The position numbers were made by a program, and so were the translations under genes. 64,000 nt of DNA, taken from a virus. The notes beneath the pieces were generated by a model. It saw nothing but the letters and a program-made list of their open reading frames with translations. It had not been told where the DNA came from and searched no databases. Positions 30,073-40,646 of this stretch are shown here, piece by piece. How positions within the stretch are numbered: the stretch's first letter is position 1; each line of letters starts with the position of its first letter. The stretch is from positions 36,841 to 100,840 of IMG/VR virus record IMGVR_UViG_3300017917_002759; one strand, given 5' to 3'.

Positions 30073-31659
30073 ATGAGTAAATCCCTTGATGGTGTATTGA
30101 TTAAAAAGGCACATGCCCAATTAAAATACACATTAGAAGAAATCAAACATCTAGAAGCCTGTATGGACCCAGTTGATGGTCCATTGTATTTCTGTAAAAA
30201 TTTTTTAAAAATACAGCATCCGGTTAGAGGTGCTATTAAGTTTGAACCTTATCCTTATCAAGAAGAGTTAATTAAAGCATATCATAGCAACACATACACG
30301 ATTGCTATGTTACCTAGACAGATGGGCAAAACAACTTGTGCTAGCGGTTATCTATTATGGTACACCATGTTTGTTCCAGAAGCGCAGGTGTTGATTGCTG
30401 CCCACAAATATGCCGGCGCACAGGATATCATGAATAGATATCGTTTTGGTTATGAAAATTTGCCAGACTTTGTACGTGCTGGAGTCTATAGTTATAATCG
30501 TAATACTATTGAATATGATAACGGTGCCCGCATCCAAGCAACGACAACTACTGAAAATACCGGCCGAGGTAAATCATTATCATTAATATATTGTGACGAG
30601 TTTGCTTTCGTCCAACCGCCAGAAAAAGCTAGAGAATTTTGGACTGCACTATCTCCGACATTATCCACCGGCGGTCGATGCATCATCACATCAACACCAA
30701 ACTCGGATGAAGATCAGTTTGCACAGATATGGAAAGAAGCAAATAAAAAATTTGATGAATACGGCAATGAACAAGCGGTAGGTGTCAATGGTTTCTATCC
30801 TTACTTTGCTCATTGGGCAGAACATCCAGATCGCGACGAAGAATGGGCCAAGGTAGAAAGATCAAAAATCGGTGAAGAGCGTTTCCGCAGAGAATTTGAC
30901 TGCGAATTCTTGATCTTTGACGAGACTTTAATTAACTCGATAAAACTTTCTGAGCTAGAAGGTATAGAACCTACTATGTCTATGGGGCAAACACGCTGGT
31001 ACAAAGATATAGATCCAAGATGTACCTATCTTGTAGCCCTAGATCCTAGTCTGGGTACAGGCGGTGACTATGCCGCTATACAAATCTTTGAAATGCCTAG
31101 CATGACACAGGTAGGTGAATGGCGACATAATCTTACTCCTGTGCAAGCCCAAGTACGACATCTAAGAGAAATCACAAAATACATCACAGAAAGAGGTCAA
31201 GAAAAGGGTGGAATTCCTCAAATTTACTATTCTGTAGAAAATAACACTCTAGGCGAAGCAGCATTGGTTACGATCCGTGATATAGGAGAAGAAAATATCA
31301 ACGGGTTGTTTATCAGCGAGCCTATACGTAAAGGACATGTGCGTAAATTCCGTAAAGGTTTTAACACTACCCATAAAACCAAAATCACCGCATGTTCTAA
31401 ATTAAAAATCATGATCGAGCAGTATAGAATGAAGATACATTCTAAACCGCTAGTTTCTGAACTTAAAAACTTTGTGGCACATGGAGTTGGTTTTGGAGCA
31501 AAAACTGGAGAACACGACGATCTAGTATCTGCATTATTGCTGATCATACGTATGGCAGACGTACTAGCAGATTGGGATCCTCAAATTTACGAAAAAATGA
31601 CTGAAAGATTGACTGAAGAACAGCTACCTATGCCTATCTTTGTCAGCAGCGGATTTTGA
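30073..31659 (+). CDS. terL: Terminase large subunit (gp17-like)
   Basis: PRQMGKTT Walker A, YCDEFAF Walker B, ITSTPN, ALDPSLG, HDDLV. Confidence 0.96.
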   Translation: MSKSLDGVLIKKAHAQLKYTLEEIKHLEACMDPVDGPLYFCKNFLKIQHPVRGAIKFEPYPYQEELIKAYHSNTYTIAMLPRQMGKTTCASGYLLWYTMFVPEAQVLIAAHKYAGAQDIMNRYRFGYENLPDFVRAGVYSYNRNTIEYDNGARIQATTTTENTGRGKSLSLIYCDEFAFVQPPEKAREFWTALSPTLSTGGRCIITSTPNSDEDQFAQIWKEANKKFDEYGNEQAVGVNGFYPYFAHWAEHPDRDEEWAKVERSKIGEERFRREFDCEFLIFDETLINSIKLSELEGIEPTMSMGQTRWYKDIDPRCTYLVALDPSLGTGGDYAAIQIFEMPSMTQVGEWRHNLTPVQAQVRHLREITKYITERGQEKGGIPQIYYSVENNTLGEAALVTIRDIGEENINGLFISEPIRKGHVRKFRKGFNTTHKTKITACSKLKIMIEQYRMKIHSKPLVSELKNFVAHGVGFGAKTGEHDDLVSALLLIIRMADVLADWDPQIYEKMTERLTEEQLPMPIFVSSGF

Positions 31660-31670
31660 TAAATATTAAC

Positions 31671-33671
31671 ATGGAAAATAGCATTAAAAGTATCAGCACT
31701 GATCTGTTCTATAAAGTAAGAAGCCGATTTTCTGGCCTAAAATTAGGCAAAGAGACTGGCGAAACCACCATCAATCCCGAAGAAGCTGTATTCTTTGATT
31801 TTGATTATATGGAGGGCGAAAACCCCTTAGGACATGTAAGTATCAGTTTAGCTGAACCAACATCGATGAAAGTTTATTACAGTACCGGAATTACAGAAAC
31901 CATGACTGGAACACAGAAAAATGGTTGGTACGACTTTCTTGGAAGTTTGAGAGAATTTGCTAAAAGAAGATTAATGAATTTCGACACAAGAGACATAGCC
32001 AAAGACAATTTAGATAAAAGAGACTTTGCATTCTTGAGTCAATATACAAATAAGGCCGCAAGCGGAGAAAATACTATGAGTGAAAGTATGTACGGTACTA
32101 CAAAGACTAGCTACCAAAAACTAAATGATACTAAGTTAATCATCAAACATAAAAAACAAGTTGATGAAAATGTTCCTGGTAGCAGAGCCAGAAATATCTC
32201 CGCATTGTTTGTTGAAAATCAAGACGGCGAAAGATTCAAATATCCGTTCATCCATCTAGCAGGTGCTCGAGCTATGCAGCGTCATGTGGCTAATGGTGGC
32301 GTACCTTACGATGAGATCGGACAGCACATTATTTCTATGAGCGAACAGATCGCACAATTAAAAAGTTTTGATAATTATGTTGTTCGTAATGATCTATTGA
32401 ATTCAGACACAAATAATATTGTCGAAAGAAGCAAGTCTGAACTACAGAGATGTAGAGAAGAAATACAGCGTCTTTCAAAGCAAACTTATTATGAACAATT
32501 TAAAGAAAATTTCCAAGGTCAGGCATCAGTAGAAGTCCCAGAAGATGTAATTGAAGAATTAACTAATAAATTTACAGTTAAAAATTTCAAAGAAGATATT
32601 AAGAGTGTATTTCCTTTAATCTACAAGTTAATGCAAGAAGAAAATACATTAGGCTACGACGACATAGTCGAGATGACACAAGAACAAGCAATCAACGATG
32701 AGGCAGAAATCGTCGAAGATCACGAGGACGAGTTTGATAAATTCGAATCGTGGGTGATGAACCTAGGAGAAGCAAGTCCCATCCAGAGTTCAGATGATGA
32801 AGAACAAAAACAAGCAATAGATAGCCTAAATAAATTAACTAAAGATCATTTTCCAGCAGGCGTAGATGGTCAAAATGCCATCCAGGCATTGAAAGGTATT
32901 ATAGAAGATCCGGCTCTTGATAAAGCACTTAAACAGGCTAGCAAGGAAGACGCAGATACTTGTGTCCGTCCTGTAATTAAACAATGGTTAGAACAAAACG
33001 CACCAGAGGCACTAGATCAAATTGATTTCGGAGACATGACTGAAGAGCCTCAAGAACAAGAACCCGAAGAAAACCCAAAAGAAGGCGAGGAATTACAACA
33101 ACAGAAATCAGGTGTTCGTGAATTAGCTGAATTTATCAATTCTTTTTATGATAAACAAACAGGCACGTTCCCTAAAGGCCCAGAAGGTGTTGTAACAATG
33201 GTAGGCAAGAAATTTGGCGAGCAGGCAGAACAGCTAGCACGTAAATTTGTAGAGCGCATGGCACCACAACAAACCACTGAACAAAATCCAGAACTGGCAG
33301 AATTAGCAAGACTAGGTGAATTAGCAGGCGTCAGCGAAGGCCCGATGTGGGATAAGGTAAAGGCATTTGGTAAGAAAGCAGGCGATACAGTTATGCGTCA
33401 TGCTGATATTACAGGTTATACCAAGGCTAAACAAAACTTCGAAATGTGGATTGATAAACATTCAGAATTAGAATCAGAAAAAGAAAATCTTCTGGCAAAA
33501 TTTGATGCTGAAGCAGAAGAAGATCCGCACACACCATGGAACTGGGGTAAAGAAGCCTTAGCGAAATGGAAAGAAGAAAAGAAACAAGGCTCAATGGCAT
33601 CGACTGAGTCTTCGGATGAAATATCAAGAATCAAGTCGTTGTCAGGAATCGCTCAAGGCATGAGAATGTAA
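31671..33671 (+). CDS. Large acidic putative head/prohead-core-associated protein
   Basis: GERFKYPF..LAGARAMQRHV conserved block; acidic; RLGELAG / RIKSLSG motifs; start at 31671 follows TAAATA-N5. Confidence 0.5.
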   Translation: MENSIKSISTDLFYKVRSRFSGLKLGKETGETTINPEEAVFFDFDYMEGENPLGHVSISLAEPTSMKVYYSTGITETMTGTQKNGWYDFLGSLREFAKRRLMNFDTRDIAKDNLDKRDFAFLSQYTNKAASGENTMSESMYGTTKTSYQKLNDTKLIIKHKKQVDENVPGSRARNISALFVENQDGERFKYPFIHLAGARAMQRHVANGGVPYDEIGQHIISMSEQIAQLKSFDNYVVRNDLLNSDTNNIVERSKSELQRCREEIQRLSKQTYYEQFKENFQGQASVEVPEDVIEELTNKFTVKNFKEDIKSVFPLIYKLMQEENTLGYDDIVEMTQEQAINDEAEIVEDHEDEFDKFESWVMNLGEASPIQSSDDEEQKQAIDSLNKLTKDHFPAGVDGQNAIQALKGIIEDPALDKALKQASKEDADTCVRPVIKQWLEQNAPEALDQIDFGDMTEEPQEQEPEENPKEGEELQQQKSGVRELAEFINSFYDKQTGTFPKGPEGVVTMVGKKFGEQAEQLARKFVERMAPQQTTEQNPELAELARLGELAGVSEGPMWDKVKAFGKKAGDTVMRHADITGYTKAKQNFEMWIDKHSELESEKENLLAKFDAEAEEDPHTPWNWGKEALAKWKEEKKQGSMASTESSDEISRIKSLSGIAQGMRM

Positions 33672-33691
33672 ATTACCACATTTGGTAGATC

Positions 33692-33715
33692 GGGCACTTC
33701 GGTGCCCTTTCTTTT
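33692..33715 (+). terminator. Rho-independent terminator with UUCG loop
   Basis: gggcac-ttcg-gtgccc-tttctttt. Confidence 0.88.
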
Positions 33716-33738
33716 GGCGAAAAAATCTTAAACCGGTA

Positions 33739-33767
33739 TTGACCTTGCTAAATAAAAAGCGCATAAT
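33739..33767 (+). promoter_or_regulatory. Nested sigma70-type and late promoters for the ssDNA-binding gene
   Basis: TTGACC-N17-CATAAT with TAAATA (33749-33754) inside the spacer. Confidence 0.65.
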
Positions 33768-33824
33768 AGTTGTTATGCGAAAGGCATATAAGTCATTTAC
33801 ATTAAGGCATAAGGAGGCTATAAA

Positions 33825-34799
33825 ATGGCAACACTAGCAGAAATTCGTGCGAAACTTCAAGAAGCACAATCACGCCAAGGCGGCGGTTCAAGCACAGGTG
33901 GCGACAACGCTATCTACCCACACTGGAACATGGAAGAAGGCAAAGAAGCAACTGTCCGTTTCCTTCCAGACGCAGATCCAAACAATACTTTTTTCTGGGT
34001 TGAGCGAGCAATGATCAAATTGCCGTTCGCTGGTATCAAAGGTGATACAGCCAGCAAACCAGTACAGGTGCAAGTACCTTGTATGGAAATGTGGAACGAA
34101 ACTTGCCCGATTCTTTCTGAAGTACGTGGTTGGTTTAAAGATAAAAGTCTTGAAGATATGGGTCGTAAGTATTGGAAGAAGCGTTCTTATATCTTCCAAG
34201 GTTTTGTAGTAAAGAGCCCTATCGCAGAAGATTCTACTCCAGAAAATTCAATCCGTAGATTCATCATCGGTCCTCAGATCTATCAATTGATCAAAGGCGC
34301 ATTGATGGATCCAGAGCTCAACGAGCTACCAACTGACTACATCCATGGCGTAGATTTTCGTATCGCTAAAACCAGTAAAGGTGGATACGCTGACTATTCT
34401 ACTTCTAAGTGGAGCCGCAACGAACGTGCTCTTACTCCAGAAGAAGCAGCCGCAGTTGAACAGTTTGGTCTGTTCGATCTAAAGAGCTTCTTACCCAAGA
34501 AGCCAGGTGATGTTGAACTCAAAGTTATCAAAGAAATGTTTGAAGCTTCTGTAGATGGTGAAGCTTATGACTTAGAACGTTGGGGTCAATATTTCAAACC
34601 AGCAGGTGTAAGTCAGGCCACTGGTGATCCTGTAGCTCGTAGCACTCCTGCTGCTACTAGCGAAGATGATGATGCTCCTTTTGATACTGCACCAGCAGCT
34701 TCTGCTCCTAAAGCAGCGCCTGCACCGGCAGCATCGACTGAAAGTGCTAGTCGTGCGCAAGATATTCTTGCCATGATTCGCAATCGTCAGAAGCAATAA
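33825..34799 (+). CDS. Single-stranded DNA-binding protein (gp32-like)
   Basis: VRFLPD, CPI, YWKKRSY, GYADYSTSKW, acidic/Ala-rich tail; precedes uvsX. Confidence 0.88.
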   Translation: MATLAEIRAKLQEAQSRQGGGSSTGGDNAIYPHWNMEEGKEATVRFLPDADPNNTFFWVERAMIKLPFAGIKGDTASKPVQVQVPCMEMWNETCPILSEVRGWFKDKSLEDMGRKYWKKRSYIFQGFVVKSPIAEDSTPENSIRRFIIGPQIYQLIKGALMDPELNELPTDYIHGVDFRIAKTSKGGYADYSTSKWSRNERALTPEEAAAVEQFGLFDLKSFLPKKPGDVELKVIKEMFEASVDGEAYDLERWGQYFKPAGVSQATGDPVARSTPAATSEDDDAPFDTAPAASAPKAAPAPAASTESASRAQDILAMIRNRQKQ

Positions 34800-34858
34800 G
34801 AACTAAAGTAAAGAGTGTGGGGTAACTCACACTCTCTCATCATCTACAAGGGACTATT

Positions 34859-35050
34859 ATGGCAAAATTATCAAAACTCGCAAAAGTAAGCGAATCTATC
34901 ACTATCAATCGTTATGACAATGGTTGGATGGTTGAAGTTGGTGGAAGAAATAAAAAAGAAGATTGGACTAACACAAAGACTCTCTGTAACACAGAAGAAG
35001 AACTGTTGGCTCTAATCAAAGAATATAATACCATGGAGTTAGATCAATAA
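34859..35050 (+). CDS. Small hypothetical protein
   Basis: 63-aa ORF coupled to uvsX. Confidence 0.65.
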   Translation: MAKLSKLAKVSESITINRYDNGWMVEVGGRNKKEDWTNTKTLCNTEEELLALIKEYNTMELDQ

Positions 35051-36126
35051 TGACTAAAGCATTCGATGTTTCTAAATTTAGAAAGTCGATTACTAAGAGC
35101 ATTGAAGGTCTTAGCATCGGCTTTAATGATCCAACTGACTGGGTATCAACAGGCAACTATGCACTGAACTATTTGATCAGCGGTGACTTCCATCGAGGTG
35201 TTCCGCTAGGCAAGGTTACTGTTTTCGCCGGAGAATCCGGTGCAGGTAAAAGTTATATCTGTTCAGGTAATCTAATCAAAGCAGCACAGGCACAAGGTAT
35301 CTATCCAATCCTAATCGACACTGAAAACGCACTCGACGAAGACTGGCTTAAGGCTTTAGGAGTTGATACCTCAGAAGATAAACTTCTAAAACTCAACATG
35401 GCTATGATCGATGATGTGGCTAAAACTATCACAGAGTTTGTGGCAGAATATAAAACTATGCCCGAAGAAAGTCGTCCTAAAGTATTATTTGTGTTAGACA
35501 GCTTAGGCATGTTATTGACACCTACAGATGTCAATCAATTTGAAGCAGGAGATCTCAAAGGTGATATGGGTAGAAAGCCAAAAGCACTTACGGCTCTGGT
35601 TCGTAATTGTGTTAATATGTTTGGTAGTCTTAATATCGGCTTGGTGGCTACAAATCACACATATGCTAGCCAAGACATGTTCGATCCGGACGATAAGATC
35701 TCGGGAGGACAAGGGTTCATTTACGCATCTTCTATCGTGGTTGCAATGAAAAAGTTGAAACTCAAAGAAGACGAAGATGGTAACAAGATCTCAGAAGTCA
35801 AAGGTATTCGTGCCGCTTGCAAGATCATGAAAACTCGTTATGCTAAACCATTTGAAAGCGTACAGGTAAAGATTCCTTACGAGACTGGAATGAATCCATA
35901 CAGTGGTTTAACTGATCTGGCTGAAGCTAAAGGTATGCTTAAAAAAGATGGTAATAGACTCAGTTATGTGACTAGCGAAGGTGAAATTCTTAAATTTTAT
36001 CGCAAGGAATGGGAACGCAACGAAAATGGTTGTTTAGATTCTGTCATGAATGATATTTCAAATCATGGTGAAAAAACAGTATCCGAGATAACTAATATTG
36101 TTGAATCCCAACCGGAGAGCGCATAA
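35050..36126 (+). CDS. uvsX: RecA-like recombinase
   Basis: AGESGAGKS, IDTENA, LDSLG, TNHTY, SGGQG. Confidence 0.95.
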   Translation: MTKAFDVSKFRKSITKSIEGLSIGFNDPTDWVSTGNYALNYLISGDFHRGVPLGKVTVFAGESGAGKSYICSGNLIKAAQAQGIYPILIDTENALDEDWLKALGVDTSEDKLLKLNMAMIDDVAKTITEFVAEYKTMPEESRPKVLFVLDSLGMLLTPTDVNQFEAGDLKGDMGRKPKALTALVRNCVNMFGSLNIGLVATNHTYASQDMFDPDDKISGGQGFIYASSIVVAMKKLKLKEDEDGNKISEVKGIRAACKIMKTRYAKPFESVQVKIPYETGMNPYSGLTDLAEAKGMLKKDGNRLSYVTSEGEILKFYRKEWERNENGCLDSVMNDISNHGEKTVSEITNIVESQPESA

Positions 36127-36356
36127 TGAAAGAAGATTTGATTGCTGACCTATGGAATGTTGTTGTTGAACATATTCCGGAAAAATCACGCAAAGATGTT
36201 GCCTATGACTTTGTTAATACTCTAACAGATTATGGTATCAAAGACACAGTAATCGAAGGATTACAAGGAATTGATCCATATCTCGACGATGCTATTGCCT
36301 ATGTTATAGATGGCGAAGAAATCGAAGAAGATTACGAAGATTACGACGAGGAATAA
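36126..36356 (+). CDS. Acidic hypothetical protein
   Basis: 76 aa between uvsX and uvsY. Confidence 0.65.
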   Translation: MKEDLIADLWNVVVEHIPEKSRKDVAYDFVNTLTDYGIKDTVIEGLQGIDPYLDDAIAYVIDGEEIEEDYEDYDEE

Positions 36357-36812
36357 ATGAATTGGTATGATCGAGTTTCAAAGGATATTAGTTCTATTCC
36401 AGATGCCGCGGCATTTTTTGAGGCCGAATTACAAGCAGCAAAAATTGATGCTCGCATAGCGGGAAATATTGAAAAAGCCGCTGCCAGTATGCCCGGCATC
36501 GTTGAAAATCGATTTAATCAACTTCAAGAAATCGAAGCGATATTAGAGTATCTAAATATCGAACTTCGTAGGCTTCGCAGTCAGCATTTTCGTAAATATC
36601 TTGAAAACTATCAACGAGCTTTGTCCTCTAGAGACTGTGAAAAGTTTGTAGAGGGCGAGTCTGATGTTGTAGATTTTGAAAAAATCATCAATGAGTTTGC
36701 CTTGATGAGAAACAAGTGGCTAGGTATTATCAAAGCTCTTGATATCAAACAATGGCAACTATCAAATATTGTTAAACTTAGAACTTCGGGGTTAGAAGAC
36801 GCAACTCTCTAA
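36357..36812 (+). CDS. uvsY: Recombination mediator UvsY-like
   Basis: Helical, 151 aa; IIKALDIKQWQLSNIVKLR C-terminus; position after uvsX. Confidence 0.75.
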   Translation: MNWYDRVSKDISSIPDAAAFFEAELQAAKIDARIAGNIEKAAASMPGIVENRFNQLQEIEAILEYLNIELRRLRSQHFRKYLENYQRALSSRDCEKFVEGESDVVDFEKIINEFALMRNKWLGIIKALDIKQWQLSNIVKLRTSGLEDATL

Positions 36813-37444
36813 TATCTTGTAGGATCCCAGAGTATTTTATTTTTTCCGCTGTAATGATCAGCATATCTACCAAAAGTTTGATCAACGGGATTCCATTCTT
36901 GAGAATTCAAAGGAATATATTTTATATTTTTATCAAAGAATAATTTATTCAATATTCCTTGCCCGTCATACTGATAATCATTCTCAAGATATTCAGATAA
37001 AAAATCTTTTGTCTTTAATAAGACATCTTTAACCATGTACATAAATCCTGCATTAAAATATCTATTTCTATCAATGCCTAGAGTTTCAGCTAATTTAGGT
37101 ACAGATTTACCAGGATCAGTGACCGCAGAAAAATTATCTTTACATAAATCAAAAAGATTAGGAGCATTATCTTTAATAACATAATCTGAATCAAAATATA
37201 TTATTTGATCATATTCTAAAAAATCGTACATCTTAAGTTTTTGATAATCTAAATGTTTATGTGCCGCAGGTTTAAAATCGTCTGCCCTTGTAAGCAAATA
37301 ATAATCGGCTTTGTTTTTAGTAGCATATAATCTAGCATTTCTTTCACTAATAGCATACATGTCTTGAATATATGTGTATGACGATGCTTTAGAAGTTAGA
37401 ATATGATTTGGAACATTAATCTGAAAAACTAATTTTTTTGTCAT
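36809..37444 (-). CDS. Glycosyltransferase (GT8-like)
   Basis: YFDSD DxD motif, YFNAGF, DGQGILN, HYSG. Confidence 0.8.
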   Translation of the reverse strand: MTKKLVFQINVPNHILTSKASSYTYIQDMYAISERNARLYATKNKADYYLLTRADDFKPAAHKHLDYQKLKMYDFLEYDQIIYFDSDYVIKDNAPNLFDLCKDNFSAVTDPGKSVPKLAETLGIDRNRYFNAGFMYMVKDVLLKTKDFLSEYLENDYQYDGQGILNKLFFDKNIKYIPLNSQEWNPVDQTFGRYADHYSGKNKILWDPTRY

Positions 37445-37513
37445 GATTATTTTTAAAAACTTATTTATGTACGTATTTTATATTATAAATACTAAAATTA
37501 AAAGGAGTTAGGT

Positions 37514-38413
37514 TTGAAATCACTTGTTACAGGCGGTGCTGGATTTATTGGATCACATATAGTCGATCGTCTTGTTAGTTTAGGTCATGAAGTAATTGTG
37601 ATTGATAACGAAGTGTCACAAGTCCATGATCATTTTTATTATAATGATAATGCTGTTTATCATAAATTAGACATCGTCGATTATAATGAAACAAAAGATT
37701 TATACCAGAATGTTGATTATGTATTTCATTGTGCAGCAGAATCGAGAATACAACCAACGATACTAAATCCACTAGGCGCTATTAAAACAAATACATTAGG
37801 AACAGGCGCAGTGCTTCAATGCGCTAGAGAAGCAGGAGTTAAAAAGGTAATTTACAGTTCCACGTCATCTGGCTACGGATTAAAAAATATCCCCCCATTA
37901 AATGAAAGCATGCCCGATGACTGCTTAAATCCGTATTCAGTTTCAAAAGTGTCTGGGGAAAAACTTTGTACAATGTATAATAACCTCTACGGCCTAAAGA
38001 CCATCATTTTTAGATATTTTAACGTGTATGGAGATCGAGAGCCGCTTAGGGGTCCGTATGCCCCTGTAGTTGGATTATTTTTAAGACAAAAGAAAGCTAA
38101 TGAGCCTTTGACTATCGTACCAGATGGAACTCAGCGTAGAGATTTTACACATATAAGTGATGTTGTCGAAGCTAATATATTAGCCATGACCGTAGATAAT
38201 CACAATCATTATGGTGAAGTTTTCAATGTTGGTACAGGAACTAATCATTCTGTATTAGAATTAGCTTCGATGATTTCTGATAATATGAAAATGATCGAAC
38301 CTCGTAGAGGAGAAGCATATATTACCTTAGCCGACAATACAAAATTAAGATCAGTTTTTGGATGGGAGCCTTCTAAAAAATTAGAAGATTACGTAAAAGA
38401 AAAATTATGTTAA
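37514..38413 (+). CDS. NAD-dependent nucleotide-sugar epimerase/dehydratase
   Basis: TGGAGFIG, YSVSK (YxxxK), RYFNVYG, RDFTH. Confidence 0.95.
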   Translation: MKSLVTGGAGFIGSHIVDRLVSLGHEVIVIDNEVSQVHDHFYYNDNAVYHKLDIVDYNETKDLYQNVDYVFHCAAESRIQPTILNPLGAIKTNTLGTGAVLQCAREAGVKKVIYSSTSSGYGLKNIPPLNESMPDDCLNPYSVSKVSGEKLCTMYNNLYGLKTIIFRYFNVYGDREPLRGPYAPVVGLFLRQKKANEPLTIVPDGTQRRDFTHISDVVEANILAMTVDNHNHYGEVFNVGTGTNHSVLELASMISDNMKMIEPRRGEAYITLADNTKLRSVFGWEPSKKLEDYVKEKLC

Positions 38414-39018
38414 GAGAACTATTTGACAAACATCAATGCGATAAAGGGAAAAAACACTCTTATGATTTGTTCTATCAAAAAGAATTTGAAAAAGATAGAT
38501 TAAATTCTTTTAATATTTTAGAAATAGGAATTTTTAAAGGTGCCAGTGCAAAATCATGGATTGAATATTTTCCAAATTGTATTTTTTATTGTATTGACAT
38601 TACAATTAACGACGAAGTCAAAAATTTTATAGATCATCCTAGAATAAAATATTTAGAATTTGATAGCACAGATCGAAATATAACAGAAAAAATAAAAAAT
38701 ATTTGGAACATCGAGTTTGATATCGTTATCGAAGACGGTCTTCATACTCCGGAAGCTAACCAAAAAACATTCGAAAATATTTTTCCATTATTAAAGAAAA
38801 ACGGAAGATATTATATTGAAGATTTTTTCCCAATTCACTTAATGTCTATTCAAGACTTTGAAAGTAAATCCGGTAAATGGGCCAAGAAAAATAAAAATTG
38901 GGATATACAGAAAGTTCAGAACTTCTTGAATTTTATATCTCAATATAATTTTGACACATTTGATAATCGATATAGATCAAATGAACAAGATAGTTTCATT
39001 ATTAAAGTTACAAAATAA
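38407..39018 (+). CDS. Class I SAM-dependent (sugar O-)methyltransferase-like
   Basis: DK..HSY, ILEIGI..GAS, FDIVIEDGLH, YYIED. Confidence 0.8.
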   Translation: MLRELFDKHQCDKGKKHSYDLFYQKEFEKDRLNSFNILEIGIFKGASAKSWIEYFPNCIFYCIDITINDEVKNFIDHPRIKYLEFDSTDRNITEKIKNIWNIEFDIVIEDGLHTPEANQKTFENIFPLLKKNGRYYIEDFFPIHLMSIQDFESKSGKWAKKNKNWDIQKVQNFLNFISQYNFDTFDNRYRSNEQDSFIIKVTK

Positions 39019-39019
39019 A

Positions 39020-39799
39020 TTAATTATTATTTTGCCTATGTTTAATATTTAAAGATTTAACAGCTCTCAATAACTCTAGATCTATTCCTAATGTATTTGC
39101 GTGTTCTATAATTGCAGAAACATCTTTAGGAAAACAAGCACCGCCAAATCCAAATTTGCCATCTGGTCCGGGGACGTCCCAGTGGCTATCACCTAATCTC
39201 GAATCATTGGCTGCTATATTTTTTATATCGACCCAACTAACGTTCAAAGATTTAGCCAAATGATACATGTCGTTCATAAATGTAACCTTTGAAGCTAAAA
39301 ATGAATTAGCAATATACTTGAACAAGGATGCAGTTGATATATTAGTTTTATAATATTTTTTTGCCGATATCGCGCTAGATTTTATAATAGCTTCAGCTTC
39401 GTTAGTCCAGGGTACTTCCCCACCGATAAGTACCCACGAAGAATTAATGTAGTCATCTATTGAATTTGCCGCAGTTAAAAACTCCGGAGCATGTACAAGA
39501 TTCGGAAACTTTACTTGTAAATTAGCATAAGTTTTTGGTGGAACTGTACTTTTAGAAATAATAACTTTATTATATCCTTGTAGCTCGTCTAATACTGAAA
39601 AAAGAAAACTTTCGTCACATTCGCCAGATTCAAGCATAGGAGTCGGAACACACAGATAAACAGCATCGCATGTTTTAATTTCTTCTATGCTTGCTGAATT
39701 ATTTTTTAATTTTGGATCTCTTATAACTAAATTATCTTTTTTGTGAGCTTCGGCAACTGCGGTACCGACATACCCTAGCCCCATTATTCCAATTTTCAT
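39020..39799 (-). CDS. ugd: UDP-glucose/GDP-mannose dehydrogenase family (short form)
   Basis: GLGYVG, CVPTP, KSTVPP, PEFL, GFGGACFPKD. Confidence 0.9.
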   Translation of the reverse strand: MKIGIMGLGYVGTAVAEAHKKDNLVIRDPKLKNNSASIEEIKTCDAVYLCVPTPMLESGECDESFLFSVLDELQGYNKVIISKSTVPPKTYANLQVKFPNLVHAPEFLTAANSIDDYINSSWVLIGGEVPWTNEAEAIIKSSAISAKKYYKTNISTASLFKYIANSFLASKVTFMNDMYHLAKSLNVSWVDIKNIAANDSRLGDSHWDVPGPDGKFGFGGACFPKDVSAIIEHANTLGIDLELLRAVKSLNIKHRQNNN

Positions 39800-39878
39800 A
39801 AATTACCTTGCATCAAAAATATTATTTAGTGAATAAACTACACACATAAATATTATTCAATTATCAGAGCAATCATAT

Positions 39879-40646
39879 ATGAAAATAGTTTTAGTCACTG
39901 GCGGGTTTGATCCACTACATTCTGGGCATATACAATATTTTGAAGAAGCACGTAAGCTAGGCGATCGACTGATAGTCGGCATTAACAGCGATACTTGGCT
40001 GACACGCAAAAAAGGTCGCCCATTTATGCGTTGGGATGACAGACTATCTGTGATCCGCAGCCTTAAATGTGTCGATGGTACGGTCCAATTCAACGACGAT
40101 GACGGCACAGCCAAGGATGCTATCCGTAAAGTCCGACTAAACTATCCCAGCGACACAATAATCTTCGCCAACGGTGGAGATCGTACTGACAAAAATATCC
40201 CCGAGATGGACATCAAAGACAATGACCTAAAATTTGTCTTCGGTGTTGGTGGCTTCAACAAAATGAATTCCAGTTCTTGGATATTAGAAGAATGGAAATC
40301 ACCCAAAACTGAACGTCCTTGGGGTTACTATCGTGTTTTACATGAAATACCGGGCTGTAAGGTCAAAGAATTAACTGTCGATCCTGGTCAAAGTCTAAGC
40401 CTACAGCGACACCGGGATAGAACTGAAATATGGTTAGTGGCTGAAGGCGAATGTATGGTCGAGCATCATGGCCATGCTGTGGAAACCGATGAATATTTGG
40501 TGCATACACCTCTACACACGCACCACGAATATAGAGTTCCGAGAACTAAATGGCATCGATTATTCAATCCCTATGATAAACTCTGTAGGATCGTAGAAAT
40601 ACAGTACGGTGATCGATGCGAAGAAGAGGATATAGAAAGAAAATGA
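39879..40646 (+). CDS. Cytidylyltransferase fused to mannose-6-phosphate-isomerase-type cupin
   Basis: GGFDPLHSGH (HxGH), ANGGDR; ERPWGYY, SLSLQRH, VEIQYG. Confidence 0.9.
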   Translation: MKIVLVTGGFDPLHSGHIQYFEEARKLGDRLIVGINSDTWLTRKKGRPFMRWDDRLSVIRSLKCVDGTVQFNDDDGTAKDAIRKVRLNYPSDTIIFANGGDRTDKNIPEMDIKDNDLKFVFGVGGFNKMNSSSWILEEWKSPKTERPWGYYRVLHEIPGCKVKELTVDPGQSLSLQRHRDRTEIWLVAEGECMVEHHGHAVETDEYLVHTPLHTHHEYRVPRTKWHRLFNPYDKLCRIVEIQYGDRCEEEDIERK

